NCBI GenBank assembly: GCA_963709405.1 | Contig: CAVPXM010000055.1 | Coordinates: 192,001-256,000, forward strand | Length of the DNA: 64,000 nt | DNA from: an uncultured Nitrososphaerales archaeon | GTDB lineage: Archaea; Thermoproteota; Nitrososphaeria; Nitrososphaerales; Nitrososphaeraceae | Direction of reading: 5' to 3' | Notes under the pieces: model-generated | What the model was told of the DNA's origin: nothing | Database searches by the model: none | What the model saw: only the letters and a program-made list of their open reading frames with translations | Shown here: positions 45,192 to 55,535 of the stretch, in pieces | Numbering within the stretch: position 1 is the stretch's first letter | Layout of the letters: each line of letters opens with the position of its first letter | Program-made: the position numbers and the translations under genes

Positions 45192-46037
45192 ATGTTGTTT
45201 TCCAAGATCATGAAATGGAATGTGGTCTGCGTTAGCAGTCTAGTAATCTTATTGGTAGTAACGATGACCCTGCCTTTATTCTATACATTAGCTCTATTTT
45301 CACACTATGCGCACGCCTTAAGCGCACCGACACGGAAAGCAACCACATTACATGTTGCTAAGCTATATGATGTCTCAGGTACAGCTCTCACTAAAACAGA
45401 TAAAAATACAGGTATTGTACCAACAGCGAGGTCTGTTTTTGATACAGGAAGCATGTCGATTCCTTCTTCTGCAAGTGGTTTTATTATCTACATACCTGAT
45501 GAAGCGCACCATTCGATTTCTGAGCAGAAAACAATGAGTTTGAAGAATGCTCACTTTATACCCAGTAATCTAACAATTCCCTCCGGAACATCCATCGCAT
45601 ACGTACATGGTGATCCTAATCACGTCCATGTGGAGATAGTAAAGGATGCGAAATCAGGTAAGATTATGTGGCAAACTGTACCCGTAAAACATCCAGGCAG
45701 CTCAGATATCAGGGTCCTACCGATAGGAGATTATAGGGTGACTGATCCGAAATATGGTAACATGACTGGAACCATAACTGTGACAAACACACCAAAGGCT
45801 AGTACAAATAATCTGGTTATTGGCGGCATATTTGTTCCGACACCTCTGCTAGGCAAATACGAGGCAGATTTGACTGCTGGGAAATTTCGTGTTCTCTCAA
45901 CATATGATTTCGTGAGTAAAACAGTTCAAAAAGATATCAACGGTCCAACAGCTTTGGTCATTTATTCTACAAACTCTCCTATGCAAGATGCACTAAATGT
46001 TCTCAAGCCTCTTATAATGTCATTACCATATCGCTAG
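45192..46037 (+). CDS. Secreted cupredoxin-like protein
   Basis: Signal/TM, FIPSNLTIPSGTSI...H and GDY...MTGTITV cupredoxin strand pattern. Confidence 0.6.
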   Translation: MLFSKIMKWNVVCVSSLVILLVVTMTLPLFYTLALFSHYAHALSAPTRKATTLHVAKLYDVSGTALTKTDKNTGIVPTARSVFDTGSMSIPSSASGFIIYIPDEAHHSISEQKTMSLKNAHFIPSNLTIPSGTSIAYVHGDPNHVHVEIVKDAKSGKIMWQTVPVKHPGSSDIRVLPIGDYRVTDPKYGNMTGTITVTNTPKASTNNLVIGGIFVPTPLLGKYEADLTAGKFRVLSTYDFVSKTVQKDINGPTALVIYSTNSPMQDALNVLKPLIMSLPYR

Positions 46038-46243
46038 TTGGCATCACATTTTCGTAAACTTGTTGAAACTTGGACAACCGTTTTCTAAAATCTTAATCTG
46101 AGACGAATTCGCATAAATCTATTCCATAGCCATTCATATTGCAAATCTAGAATTCCAATAAAAGGCATTACCAATAATAAAGTGGAAAGTTAGAGTCATT
46201 TCGTCTTTAGATTCGCATATACAAGATTAAGATAAACATATAC

Positions 46244-46606
46244 TTATGGAAATGGTAAAGTAAGAGGCGTATCAGTAGTCTTCTTATCCCTAGTTTGGTG
46301 ATTCTGGTTGCCATATGCGTTTGAGTCTTGATAGTTAGCTGATATGAATGATATATCCATATGCATGCCATTGCCTACATCATTGATTCCTGAATGTGCT
46401 ACTGCAAAATTGGCACCATTTGTGCCAAAAAAGGTCTGACCTTGAGAATAATTGCATGAAAAATCACCATTAGTCCCTACATTCGCGCTGTTAATTCCGT
46501 TAATACTAACCATATGAGTGTTGCAGGGCTCCGCGTTTGCATCTTCAGTTATATATTGCATTGATAGCAAGAAGATCAGCAAGACGACGAAAACAGAAAG
46601 GAACAT
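46244..46606 (-). CDS. Secreted hypothetical protein
   Basis: Signal peptide with ANA cleavage motif, N/G-rich body and C-terminal LPFP. Confidence 0.65.
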   Translation of the reverse strand: MFLSVFVVLLIFLLSMQYITEDANAEPCNTHMVSINGINSANVGTNGDFSCNYSQGQTFFGTNGANFAVAHSGINDVGNGMHMDISFISANYQDSNAYGNQNHQTRDKKTTDTPLTLPFP

Positions 46607-47138
46607 GCTTAAAAGTACATCACTAATAATACTCTTCCTAAAAGATTGGGAATGATTATATCGAATCGTACTAGTTCATTTTCTATTATGAGTATTAGTT
46701 ATATTTGATTTAAGGAAGTAAATGCTATAATCTTTTTCCTGTTTTTTCTTATGTATAAAGGATCTCTGGAAAACCGCATTGACCGATTCTTTTATCGTAT
46801 ACTCGTATCTATGCTTCGACTCGATGGGGCCAGGATATCTAGGCATTGTAATTTGTCTACCTGCGTTCAGTGTCTTTAAAAGCGAGGTTGGTTAGGTAAA
46901 ACTGACCGTAGACTAACGGGGCTTGCATTCATAAGATACCAAATTATCGTAATGTGGAGAACAGCGACAAGTAGGAATATTTGTGAATGAGTTTGTCATG
47001 CCAACGCGAGTCGGTCTTCAGAGAAGACCATTAGCATTTTTTGATATTCTTGGTGCATTTAATTCAATTTGTGATCCTCTCACTGGTTAATCCATAGGTC
47101 CTGACATTCACTAACCGAAATACGAAGATAAGATTAGT

Positions 47139-47165
47139 ATTGAGGAAATGCGATTTGAACCTATG
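47139..47165. repeat. Degenerate att direct repeat of the tRNA-Val 3' end
   Basis: ATTGAGGAAATGCGATTTGAACCTATG versus 49974-50000 ATGGAGGGAATGGGATTTGAACCCATG: 23/27 identical, ungapped and in the same orientation. Confidence 0.75.
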
Positions 47166-47988
47166 GTTGCTATTCCTGGATATGTAGCAGGTTGGCCGCA
47201 CCGAGTGCTAGTCGGGACAAATATGCACCCCGGTACGAACATTTCTCAAATGGTGAAGAATCCTCCTCCTACCTACACTGAACAAGTACAATGGAGAGAC
47301 GCCGCCACAGGTAACTTACTTGCAGCCTCAGACTACTTAGTGGTATGTCTCCCGGCTCTCCCCCAGCTCAAGGCTCAAGTGCCGATGCCAGAAGACCTAT
47401 ACTATGTCATCCTGTAAGAGATATTCCGATCGGCAAAAATGGCACTGTGGATACCAACTACTTTATAATGCCCAAGACAAATGAAACAGTGTACACCTCT
47501 GGCCAAGTCGACTTCGACGGCATATGGGTTGGTACACAAATTGACCGCTTTGAGACATATAAGAACCTACTATCAGGTGTCTATAGCGACGTGATTGCTG
47601 GATTATGGTGGCTAAAACACGAAAAGCCGATGGTAAACACCCCAGCTATGAGTAAATGCATAACCAGACATGATTAGTGGTTAAGTCCAGCCGTGGATTC
47701 AAGCCTACTGATGCAAAGATGTTTACTATGGAGCGGGTCGTGTACACAGAATTACATCATAAGAGTCCGGTCAATGTAGGACAGGCATGGAATTATTCGA
47801 TAGGCTTCGACGCTGGGCGGCTCTTAGGAATAAAACCGAAATACATAACGTTTACTGATGGATGGTTAGCAGGATATCGCGCATCTGTGCATGGATTACC
47901 GAGAATGATTCAGGGACATCATACGACAAGTTACACCAGGGGATTTTATACGGGATATGATGCACCAGCGGGCGCGAAGGTCCCGTAA
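47148..47988 (+). pseudogene. Fragmented hypothetical gene(s) with repeated G(F/W/Y)xxG motifs
   Basis: Three overlapping or abutting same-strand ORFs with GFDAG, GWLAGY and GFYTGY motifs. Confidence 0.45.
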
Positions 47989-48141
47989 TGATAGATTGAA
48001 CCGTGGAGTTGTGGGATTCCTTCAAGGTCATGCAATGCGTAAGGCTATCTCAATAATAAACGCTCATGGCGGCATATTTCAGTGGAGAGTACAGATCTAT
48101 ACTATGCGATGAAAAGGACTTCATCGAGGCAAGTTTAAAAC

Positions 48142-48627
48142 ATGCGACTAGGTGGTATTGTCATGAGACTATCGTTAACCGTTTACGTGGTTGCTGTTGC
48201 TGTCCTACTCGTTTCGAGCTTGCTCCTGTCATGGTTAATAGGTTTGACTGCGTTCGTCGACGCAAAGAAATACAAGTATAGGGGCTCTGGGTTGTTGGCT
48301 GGTTACATGATGGTATCCCACGTAAGACCTGATTTAGCTCAAGTTTCGCTCTTTGAGACCGTTGGAAATACAATAACTGCGTGTTCGGACACTAACACGA
48401 CAAACTCAGACGCAGAAAGCAACATAAGGGGAATGTCTACTGAAGTATATAGAACGTTTTGCAACGACTTCATGACATTTTCAATTAACTATTGTAATAG
48501 TACTGATCCTAATACCAGTCCGATAAATAAGGATGAAAGAACAGTTGAGGGGAGTATCTGCCTAGATCCACTCTTGACAAGAAGCATGAGCCACTATGCC
48601 ACAGTAAACCATATTAGCGTAAAATAA
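48142..48627 (+). CDS. Secreted/membrane-anchored Cys-containing hypothetical protein
   Basis: Long N-terminal hydrophobic segment and four Cys in the mature part. Confidence 0.65.
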   Translation: MRLGGIVMRLSLTVYVVAVAVLLVSSLLLSWLIGLTAFVDAKKYKYRGSGLLAGYMMVSHVRPDLAQVSLFETVGNTITACSDTNTTNSDAESNIRGMSTEVYRTFCNDFMTFSINYCNSTDPNTSPINKDERTVEGSICLDPLLTRSMSHYATVNHISVK

Positions 48628-48910
48628 AAGGCTCTTACCCATTTTTTAGCCTGCTTAGTTGGTTCTAGTGGTAGCGTTGGTCTCTTACTGGTAACGTTAG
48701 GCTATGTGTGAATCGATAGCGATAAGGATGCAATATTACATCCTTTTAACTGGTATTGTTTATCCTCCCCTTTATGCACTGCTAAAATGATATCTTTTCA
48801 CGGTTACGAAACAAGCGCGATTTTCTATAACAAGTTTTAGACCTTCAATCGACTTTTTAAACTTAACAGAGCATAATGGTTAAATTCCACACATTTTTAC
48901 AGTAAAGTCG

Positions 48911-49483
48911 ATGGTAAGAATTTTTTTGATCTCTATTATAAGTAGCATCTTTTTAATTGGTTTAGTTGGAGTTACTCCTTTTAGAGCTATCTCAAAACGT
49001 ATGTGCTATACAACCAGGGAACTGCCCCAGGCCTGAATTATCTGTGGGCACATACGTATGGTCATGATATACACGGTGATCCTACAAAGAATAGGTTTGT
49101 AGAACATACACCTCAATGTGTTGTTCTTGACTGGAAAATGAAGGCTGCTATAATTCCTAAAGATTATGATGAAGATGGAGATGTACATTTCAACGTTATA
49201 CCCGATCCCAAACTTCAGGACCTTTTAAATCTACAGAGTGGTGATGAAATGGTTGTAGAAGTTATCTGCTGGAATAAACCGAGTACTGAGCTATAATCAA
49301 CAATGGGGTAACTATTGCAATGGGGTAGAATCAAGATCACATTTTCCTACTCTTCTTACTCTCAAGGCAGGTGACCATGTACGTATTACCGGTAAATGGG
49401 TTCAGGATATAGGATATCCAAAGCCAGACCATGCCCAATGGAATGAACTTCATCCAGCGGAGAAAATAGAGAAGATCCCATAG
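48911..49483 (+). pseudogene. Secreted OB-fold-like protein, frameshifted
   Basis: Signal peptide from ATG 48911. DGDVHF...LLN...VVEVIC, then in the next frame GDHVRITGKWVQD...WNELHP, with the stop at 49483. Confidence 0.6.
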
Positions 49484-49899
49484 AACCCTAATTTCTTTAA
49501 CTCTCTTGAACACCCCGGACAATGTTTGAATGGTTCAAGACTCGCTATACGGGCGTTATACTCTGCTGACCTTATATTCCAGCCATTTTTGACTATAGAG
49601 CGCAATGGTACCTCTTCAACCCGATACTTGAATAAGCAGATAATTTTGATATGTGTCAACCTACTGCGGATTTTAAGGTTACGTTCATTGTATTCAGCAA
49701 TCATTAATTCGCAGAGCAGTCCTGCATTCCGTGGATTGGCCTTTGCGATCTTCTTAAGAATCGAATTAAAATATCCTAATGCACCAGCAGTTATAGAATC
49801 AATTGTCAGTTCGAAGGTAGATGATGCGATCACGGTATCGACCTTCATAGTTCTAGTGGCGGTTGTCCTAGCCGTAGTGGGTCCAACGGTAAGTATCAT
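49450..49899 (-). pseudogene. Truncated tyrosine recombinase/integrase (N-terminal part only)
   Basis: IDSITAG...YFNSILKKIAKANPRNA..LCE.MIAE.NERNLK..SRLTHIKIICLF resembles, from recall, the N-terminus of Nitrososphaeraceae integrases. It starts 75 nt downstream of the tRNA and has no catalytic R-H-R-Y domain. Confidence 0.65.
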
Positions 49900-49974
49900 T
49901 ACCCCTTGAAGTTATGGCCATTCGAGGAAACGCCTGCTTCATTGAATATATTATGTATAAACCCATGAACAGCA

Positions 49975-50049
49975 TGGAGGGAATGGGATTTGAACCCATG
50001 ATCACCTGCGTGTAAAGCAGGTATCCTAACCAATCTAGACCACCCCTCC
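49975..50049 (-). tRNA. tRNA-Val(TAC)
   Basis: GGAGGGGTGGTCTAGATTGGTTAGGATACCTGCTTTACACGCAGGTGATCATGGGTTCAAATCCCATTCCCTCCA folds as a cloverleaf with anticodon arm CCTGC-TT-TAC-AC-GCAGG and T-loop TTCAAAT. It has no intron and no encoded CCA. Confidence 0.97.
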
Positions 50050-50081
50050 GAAATAAATCTCATGACAAGTTGAGTAAATGC

Positions 50082-50090
50082 ATATAAAAG
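50082..50090 (-). promoter_or_regulatory. TATA box of tRNA-Val
   Basis: CTTTTATAT on the minus strand, ~33-40 nt upstream of the mature tRNA 5' end. Confidence 0.6.
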
Positions 50091-50408
50091 TCATTTGATA
50101 GGTTAAGAAGGTCACTCAATAAGGGAAAAGATAAACCTGCTGGACTAGGCAAGCCTTAGATTTCAATGATGGCTGATCCCCTCCGAACCTACACTTACCT
50201 CACGCAAAATCTGATTCATAACACCATTAATTCGAGTGTTTGGGTTCTTCAAATTCAAGTGGTCCAGAGTTCTGGCATAATTTCTCAATTTTCGTTGAAA
50301 GTCATGACGATGTTGTCAAATTGTAAGTACTTTTAACGATTAGAAATTATCTGCATATTTGTAAATATCTTACTAATTGTAAAGACACACCAAGTCCATA
50401 AATATATT

Positions 50409-50669
50409 GTGCAGAGGTCAATTTCAATGAATATAGAAATACGGAAATCGACCTGGATTGCAGTTTTGGGCGTACTTGCGTTAATTACATTAGTTCACTC
50501 AATTGCTGTCCCGACGCTTGCACTCAAGAACTATTTTAACTGCACAACAAAAGCGGCCAACAAAAGTGGGAAATTTTCCGTGGAGGACGTAAATACTTGC
50601 TATTACAAGGTTTTTGTAGGGGCTAGGAAATATTACGTAAATGAAACTCGATCAGTGTTGTCTAATTAA
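50409..50669 (+). CDS. Small secreted protein with a Cys pair
   Basis: Signal peptide ending PTLA, then FNCTT...VNTCYYKVF. Confidence 0.65.
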   Translation: MQRSISMNIEIRKSTWIAVLGVLALITLVHSIAVPTLALKNYFNCTTKAANKSGKFSVEDVNTCYYKVFVGARKYYVNETRSVLSN

Positions 50670-51258
50670 ATATTGCACGAGCGACCAGCTAGATTATCGT
50701 GGATTTTAAATTCATCATTAGTCCGCAAACACAGTTTGAGGATTATGCCAACAGGCCATAAGATATATCTCTCATTCTTCTTAATTTGCATACAGCGTCT
50801 AATCAGTACTGTATCATGATCTATTAATTGTCATAAGTCTGTATAGTAACAAATTATTAATTTTTTTAGATCGGCCGCTGCGTCGCGCAGCGATGCGCTA
50901 CCCATGTGCAATAGGGACCTCATTCTACGGATCTTTAAGCCTAACAATAAGATATGGCTAATTCGACATATCTGCCGACTTGTGTCCATTAATGACCAGA
51001 TAGCGGTATCATTATACCAGTTTCAAGAGATTAATGTCTCCTCAGCTTTGAGTTAATCAGTTTCATGGATCATTTTAAAAGGGAGAATTAATTATTCGAG
51101 AAATATTTGTAGTTGACATGAAACTACCACATATGCGATATATATTCACGGAAAATTATCGATCCTAACGCTAAGGTATACGGAAAACTAAGCAGTACTC
51201 ACAGCAAAGTGTAGTAGTTCAAACTTTTATTAAGCCGATCGAATCAACTTATTGTATA

Positions 51259-51777
51259 GTGGTATCAGGTGATCAGGAGCAAGAAGATATTGGGCATCGA
51301 GCCGACAAATTGAAAAAGATGATTGGCGAGACACAAGAGCACTATGAGGCACTAATTGACTCCGCTCAAATTTATAAGAAGGGTAAGATGAACGAAAAGG
51401 AATTTCTATTTAAGTTGGGCGAATACTTAAAAACTATGTCATCCATCAATTTTCTCTCAACCCAGATAATTTTGGAGTTAAAATCAGTTTTTGAACAAAA
51501 TAAGCGCTCCCTATCTGGCTCATCCCCAGTCGCAGAATCCTACTCGAATGTTGGTCCCAAGAAGCAGTCTTTCTCAAGTGTAAGTTCGAACACTTTGAAT
51601 GGCAATGCTACGTATCAAGAAACCGCACCTACATTCAAGCCGGTTACTATCACGTTGGAGAAGCCCGTTCAAGATAGGAATAATAGAGAGCAAGCATCAA
51701 TGCGAAAATGTCCCAAGTGTGGCCACGTATTATCTTTCCGAGCGAAATTTTGTAACAAATGCGGAAGCTCGCAATAA
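51259..51777 (+). CDS. Zinc-ribbon domain protein
   Basis: Helical N-terminal domain and C-terminal CPKC...AKFCNKCG. Confidence 0.8.
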   Translation: MVSGDQEQEDIGHRADKLKKMIGETQEHYEALIDSAQIYKKGKMNEKEFLFKLGEYLKTMSSINFLSTQIILELKSVFEQNKRSLSGSSPVAESYSNVGPKKQSFSSVSSNTLNGNATYQETAPTFKPVTITLEKPVQDRNNREQASMRKCPKCGHVLSFRAKFCNKCGSSQ

Positions 51778-52635
51778 TTAGCGAAACCTGTTATAATCTG
51801 TAGAATTTTAAAGATCCTGAGAAATATGAGACAAACGAACTACTACATGATTTTCCTAGTAACCATTTATTTAAAATCATCTTAATAATATGCTTCAGAA
51901 TGTTCGATATTACCTAAGTGAGGATATAGAAGACGTCATTGAATATATAATGAATAAATGAGATGCATGTAAGAATATTTAAAGAGTTGGAATACAGAAT
52001 ACAGTAAGTTAGAGGGAATTGGCATACTTTATAATCGTTATTGAAATTAGAAGAGGAATGTGTTGTCCTTAACCTGAGGAGAAGACACCGACTTTTCAAA
52101 CTATATCTCTATCCAGCAGTCGACGTACGTGGTATCGAACAGTCTCATTATTAATAACGTTCTTAAACAGGGTACTATCATTATTCCAGTAATAACATAG
52201 ATTGGCCAGACAGGTTGCTACAAGTTAGAAGATCCGCTACGAGGTGTCACTAGACCTGCAATACGTTTTCAATGTAATACATATTTGAATGATAAAGAAG
52301 TGAATGTTACACATGAATCAAAATGAGAAATTTTAATGGCAATAGAATCGGAATCTTTCTTGATTCTTCCAGATTGTTTACCGGTTGTCTGAGTTATCCA
52401 CGCAAGAATGGTAGATAGATATTACACGACGAAACTGCGACGGATAATCTTGAATAGATAGATGAATCGATATATGACACCGATGAAGCAGTGAAGAATA
52501 TATCATTGCCACCCCTAAGAAGATTGATAAGTAGTTTGTAGATTTGATGGAACCACGAAGCGAAAAATTTGTGGATTATTTATCATACTCCTGAAGTGCA
52601 ACTATTAATATTATAACCTTGTATAAAGATACGTA

Positions 52636-53094
52636 ATGAAAGTCTTTAATGGGCGGTCTGCCACTGATGAGTACATGTCTACCCATTCGCTCACATTTTC
52701 AACCCCTGAGATGACTCTTAAAAAATTTGCCTTGTGGCTAGGTGATCAAGTTACGAGCCCTAGTGATTCAAAAAAGAGCCCCAGGCTAATGTCATATATC
52801 GAAGACATTAGTGATAGTGACGATGAAAAACTTACTGAAATTATTCCCGACGTTGATGATTCTTTTAAGCCCAGTGGGGCAGTTACAGATATGTATGGAA
52901 GCCAGCCGACTTCAAAGATAACACAGGAACAGCAACCAAGTCATTCAGTCAGCACGAGCTCTAACGACAATTTAAGTCGTGGGAATTTAGAAAAAACCTC
53001 CGATCGTTCGGAGCTGAAATATTGTATCGAATGTGGAACCTCCCTGGGGATCAACGCCAAGTTCTGCATCCGATGTGGGAATAAGCAGAGTTAA
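52636..53094 (+). CDS. Zinc-ribbon domain protein
   Basis: C-terminal YCIECG...AKFCIRCG. Confidence 0.8.
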   Translation: MKVFNGRSATDEYMSTHSLTFSTPEMTLKKFALWLGDQVTSPSDSKKSPRLMSYIEDISDSDDEKLTEIIPDVDDSFKPSGAVTDMYGSQPTSKITQEQQPSHSVSTSSNDNLSRGNLEKTSDRSELKYCIECGTSLGINAKFCIRCGNKQS

Positions 53095-53304
53095 TCATGA
53101 ATCGTCCTTCATAATTCAGGTACGCGTGCCATAAAGATTAGTTAGATCACTTCGTAGCAGACTCGACGCACTGCCGATAAGTAGACTTGAAAATATTAAT
53201 TTCCGGATCTGAATCAATAGGTTAGTTAGACAGCATCGATCAATCTAGAGTATCGTAACAGAGTAAGGAAATAAATATTAATATATTGAAACAAAACACA
53301 TCCA

Positions 53305-53529
53305 TCACATAGTATCTGATCTATTTTTTTCCTTAAAATCTGAGGTCTCCTGTGGTACAACCTTGTCAATACCCTTGGTCATTCTAGTATCTCTATGTGT
53401 CATTTTAGCATCAAGCCCTGCTACCCCGATTTCCTTGATTAAAAAATAACAATCATTACATACGGCTACTGAGAAAATGAAATTTAAGGAGAAGAATTTT
53501 GTCCGTTTGCAAATCTTACAGACCTTCAT
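53305..53529 (-). CDS. Small zinc-finger protein
   Basis: CKIC...VCNDC. Confidence 0.55.
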   Translation of the reverse strand: MKVCKICKRTKFFSLNFIFSVAVCNDCYFLIKEIGVAGLDAKMTHRDTRMTKGIDKVVPQETSDFKEKNRSDTM

Positions 53530-53986
53530 ATGATGTAATTAATGAATTAGCTAAAAAGCATTTTCATTTCAGTCTCAGCTGGACGCGATATTACGTTATA
53601 CTGGAGTTCTGTCCAACACAATTGAAGACGACTAACTGTCCATACGAACGTGGAATGATCTCTAGAGACGCCGTCGTTCAAAGTATCAAGGCCGGAGAGA
53701 CTTACTATATTAAATCAAAAAGAAGATAAGCATTGGAAGTGATTTCAGCATATAATGCTTTTAAAAGATAATGGTATAGCCGGTATTACATTAAGTGGCG
53801 ACGTTCAATAACAACTAACTGCGCAGCAAGACACGTTTCTAACGAATTAATGAATCGTTATCGGTTGAATATCCAGCACCGATACCGATGAAACTGTCAA
53901 CGGGACTTTCCCATTCATATTATGTGAAATTCGAGCAAAATTCCAATTACCGTCTTTCTTCAAAATAAATGCGCTTTAAACGGAAA

Positions 53987-55021
53987 TCATGAAGGTGGCT
54001 GATAAGGATTAACTCGCTCGAGCGAAAGGGCATGATTATCATCTAGTGCTCCAACACCTAGGCTCAGTCCTCTAATCGTAATATTTAGCCCGGCAGACTT
54101 CTATAGGTGTCAATGAAAACTCTCTCGTAAGAGCAGTTCGTATTTGTTTGTCAGGGTTCATAGTCTCATTAACCCGAATCGGTATTGCCATGCTAAGAAC
54201 CTTTGATATCACATCAGAAGGAATTTTTTTAGATTGATTACTGATTGAATATTCAATTAGTTGAAGTATGATCTCTCTGTTAGCGACTTTTAAGGCATTA
54301 ACTGTGTATATCGCGTCTACACTTAGAACGCTAGTCGCCTCGGAGCCTGAAATTACGCCTGCAATCCCACCCTTGCTAGAGGAGATTGCGGAGCGTATTG
54401 ATGGGTCCAAATCAACGCTTATTGTTAATACTCCTTCGAAATATCTCTCGGACGAAACATTTGCAAGTTGGGGAATTGAGGCAAGAATCTGTTTACAATC
54501 TATACTCGTTGACCTAGATGAGTCGAGATTTTGAATTCTGTAATTGTGATCGCGAGTATCACCATTCAATGTCGCTTTCCAGAAAAACGATATCGGAAAA
54601 TTTTGCCTATTAAAAATATTTATGTCTGAATTATAGCGACCAGGTCTCAAGGGCCCATCTTCGGCCGTTATAGTTCCACAAATGAATCTAGCCGTATATT
54701 CTAGAGTATTCGAGCTTCCGGCTCCGGGTCCAGGGATAGCCTGAACTCTGGTTGTAGATTCGTTATCGATAGTCACTACCGTACCAAGGCATCGTTTCCA
54801 TAATATACCGAAGGTATGAGCATGTGACCAGCATACCAGCTTGAAAGATCCTTCTGACTAAACTCATTCAAATCAACACCTGCCCCGTTAGAGTAGTATA
54901 TAAGATGCACAGGTAGCCTTTCAGAAGCCAAAGCATTTTGGTAGATCGAAACGAATGTGTTAGACGGCCATATCATTTGAAACAAGGCAAGTACGGTAAT
55001 GAACAGGCAGATGAGCTTCAA
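53987..55021 (-). CDS. Secreted hypothetical protein (YxAxFxCG...PGRYxxxINIxN type), frameshifted
   Basis: Signal-peptide ORF 54776-55021 plus the main ORF EYTARFICG...LRPGRYNSDINIFN...SIDC. The C-terminal tail GVGALDDNHALSL is in a shifted frame ending at 53987. Confidence 0.7.
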
Positions 55022-55188
55022 ATTTATAACTCGATAAAATTATGAAAAATTTAAGTCTTTATGATCAATCGGATAATTATGGGCTGACGAGCGGTTGAAT
55101 CATTGAGCCGAGTTTAGCAGGTAGACTCGGTCAGGCTAAGTCGGGAATAGCAGTAACTTTATCTCTAAGCGTATGATATTCCAGTGCA

Positions 55189-55323
55189 ATGGCTGATGAA
55201 ATGTTTATGTTCGGTGTGGTTACAGGTGTGTTTGCTGTGCTGGCTGGACTTTTGTTTGCATCCAGAGCAAAGCGGAAATCCGTGGACTTGGAAGTTGAAC
55301 GTAGAGCCGGTGCTCCTATATGA
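55189..55323 (+). CDS. Small single-TM protein (44 aa)
   Basis: MADEMFMFGVVTGVFAVLAGLLFASRAKRKSVDLEVERRAGAPI has a TM followed by basic residues. CTTTAT lies ~30 nt upstream. Confidence 0.65.
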   Translation: MADEMFMFGVVTGVFAVLAGLLFASRAKRKSVDLEVERRAGAPI

Positions 55324-55490
55324 TTACAAACAACACAGGTCTCAAGAGTAGTGCGACCTAACCAGCACTACTACTGTACCACGACAATAGTGACAGATGC
55401 CATATGCCTACGTCAGATAATAATAATAACTTGATGAGGCAACTCAGACCATCGTAATGCGTATAATCATAACTGTAATCAAGTGAGGCG

Positions 55491-55523
55491 GTGTTCGCGG
55501 AGCCATGATAATACCGCGAGCAC
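55491..55523. other. 10-bp GC-rich hairpin between convergent genes (possible terminator/stability element)
   Basis: GTGTTCGCGG-13 nt-CCGCGAGCAC, 12 nt past the cbiH stop. Confidence 0.4.
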
Positions 55524-55535
55524 TAAATGAGCATT

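Larger units (their letters stand above)
47139..50000. mobile_element. Decayed integrated element at tRNA-Val(TAC)
   Basis: Bounded by the tRNA 3' end and its degenerate copy, and containing an integrase N-terminal remnant and fragmented cargo ORFs. Confidence 0.7.

Noticed and set aside
50875-50892. GC-rich palindrome CGCTGCG-TCG-CGCAGCG
   Set aside because: It is a single 7-bp stem with no other copy noticed and no supporting context.
55084-55135. CTGACGA, a hammerhead-ribozyme-like core
   Set aside because: The required GAAA after stem II is absent.
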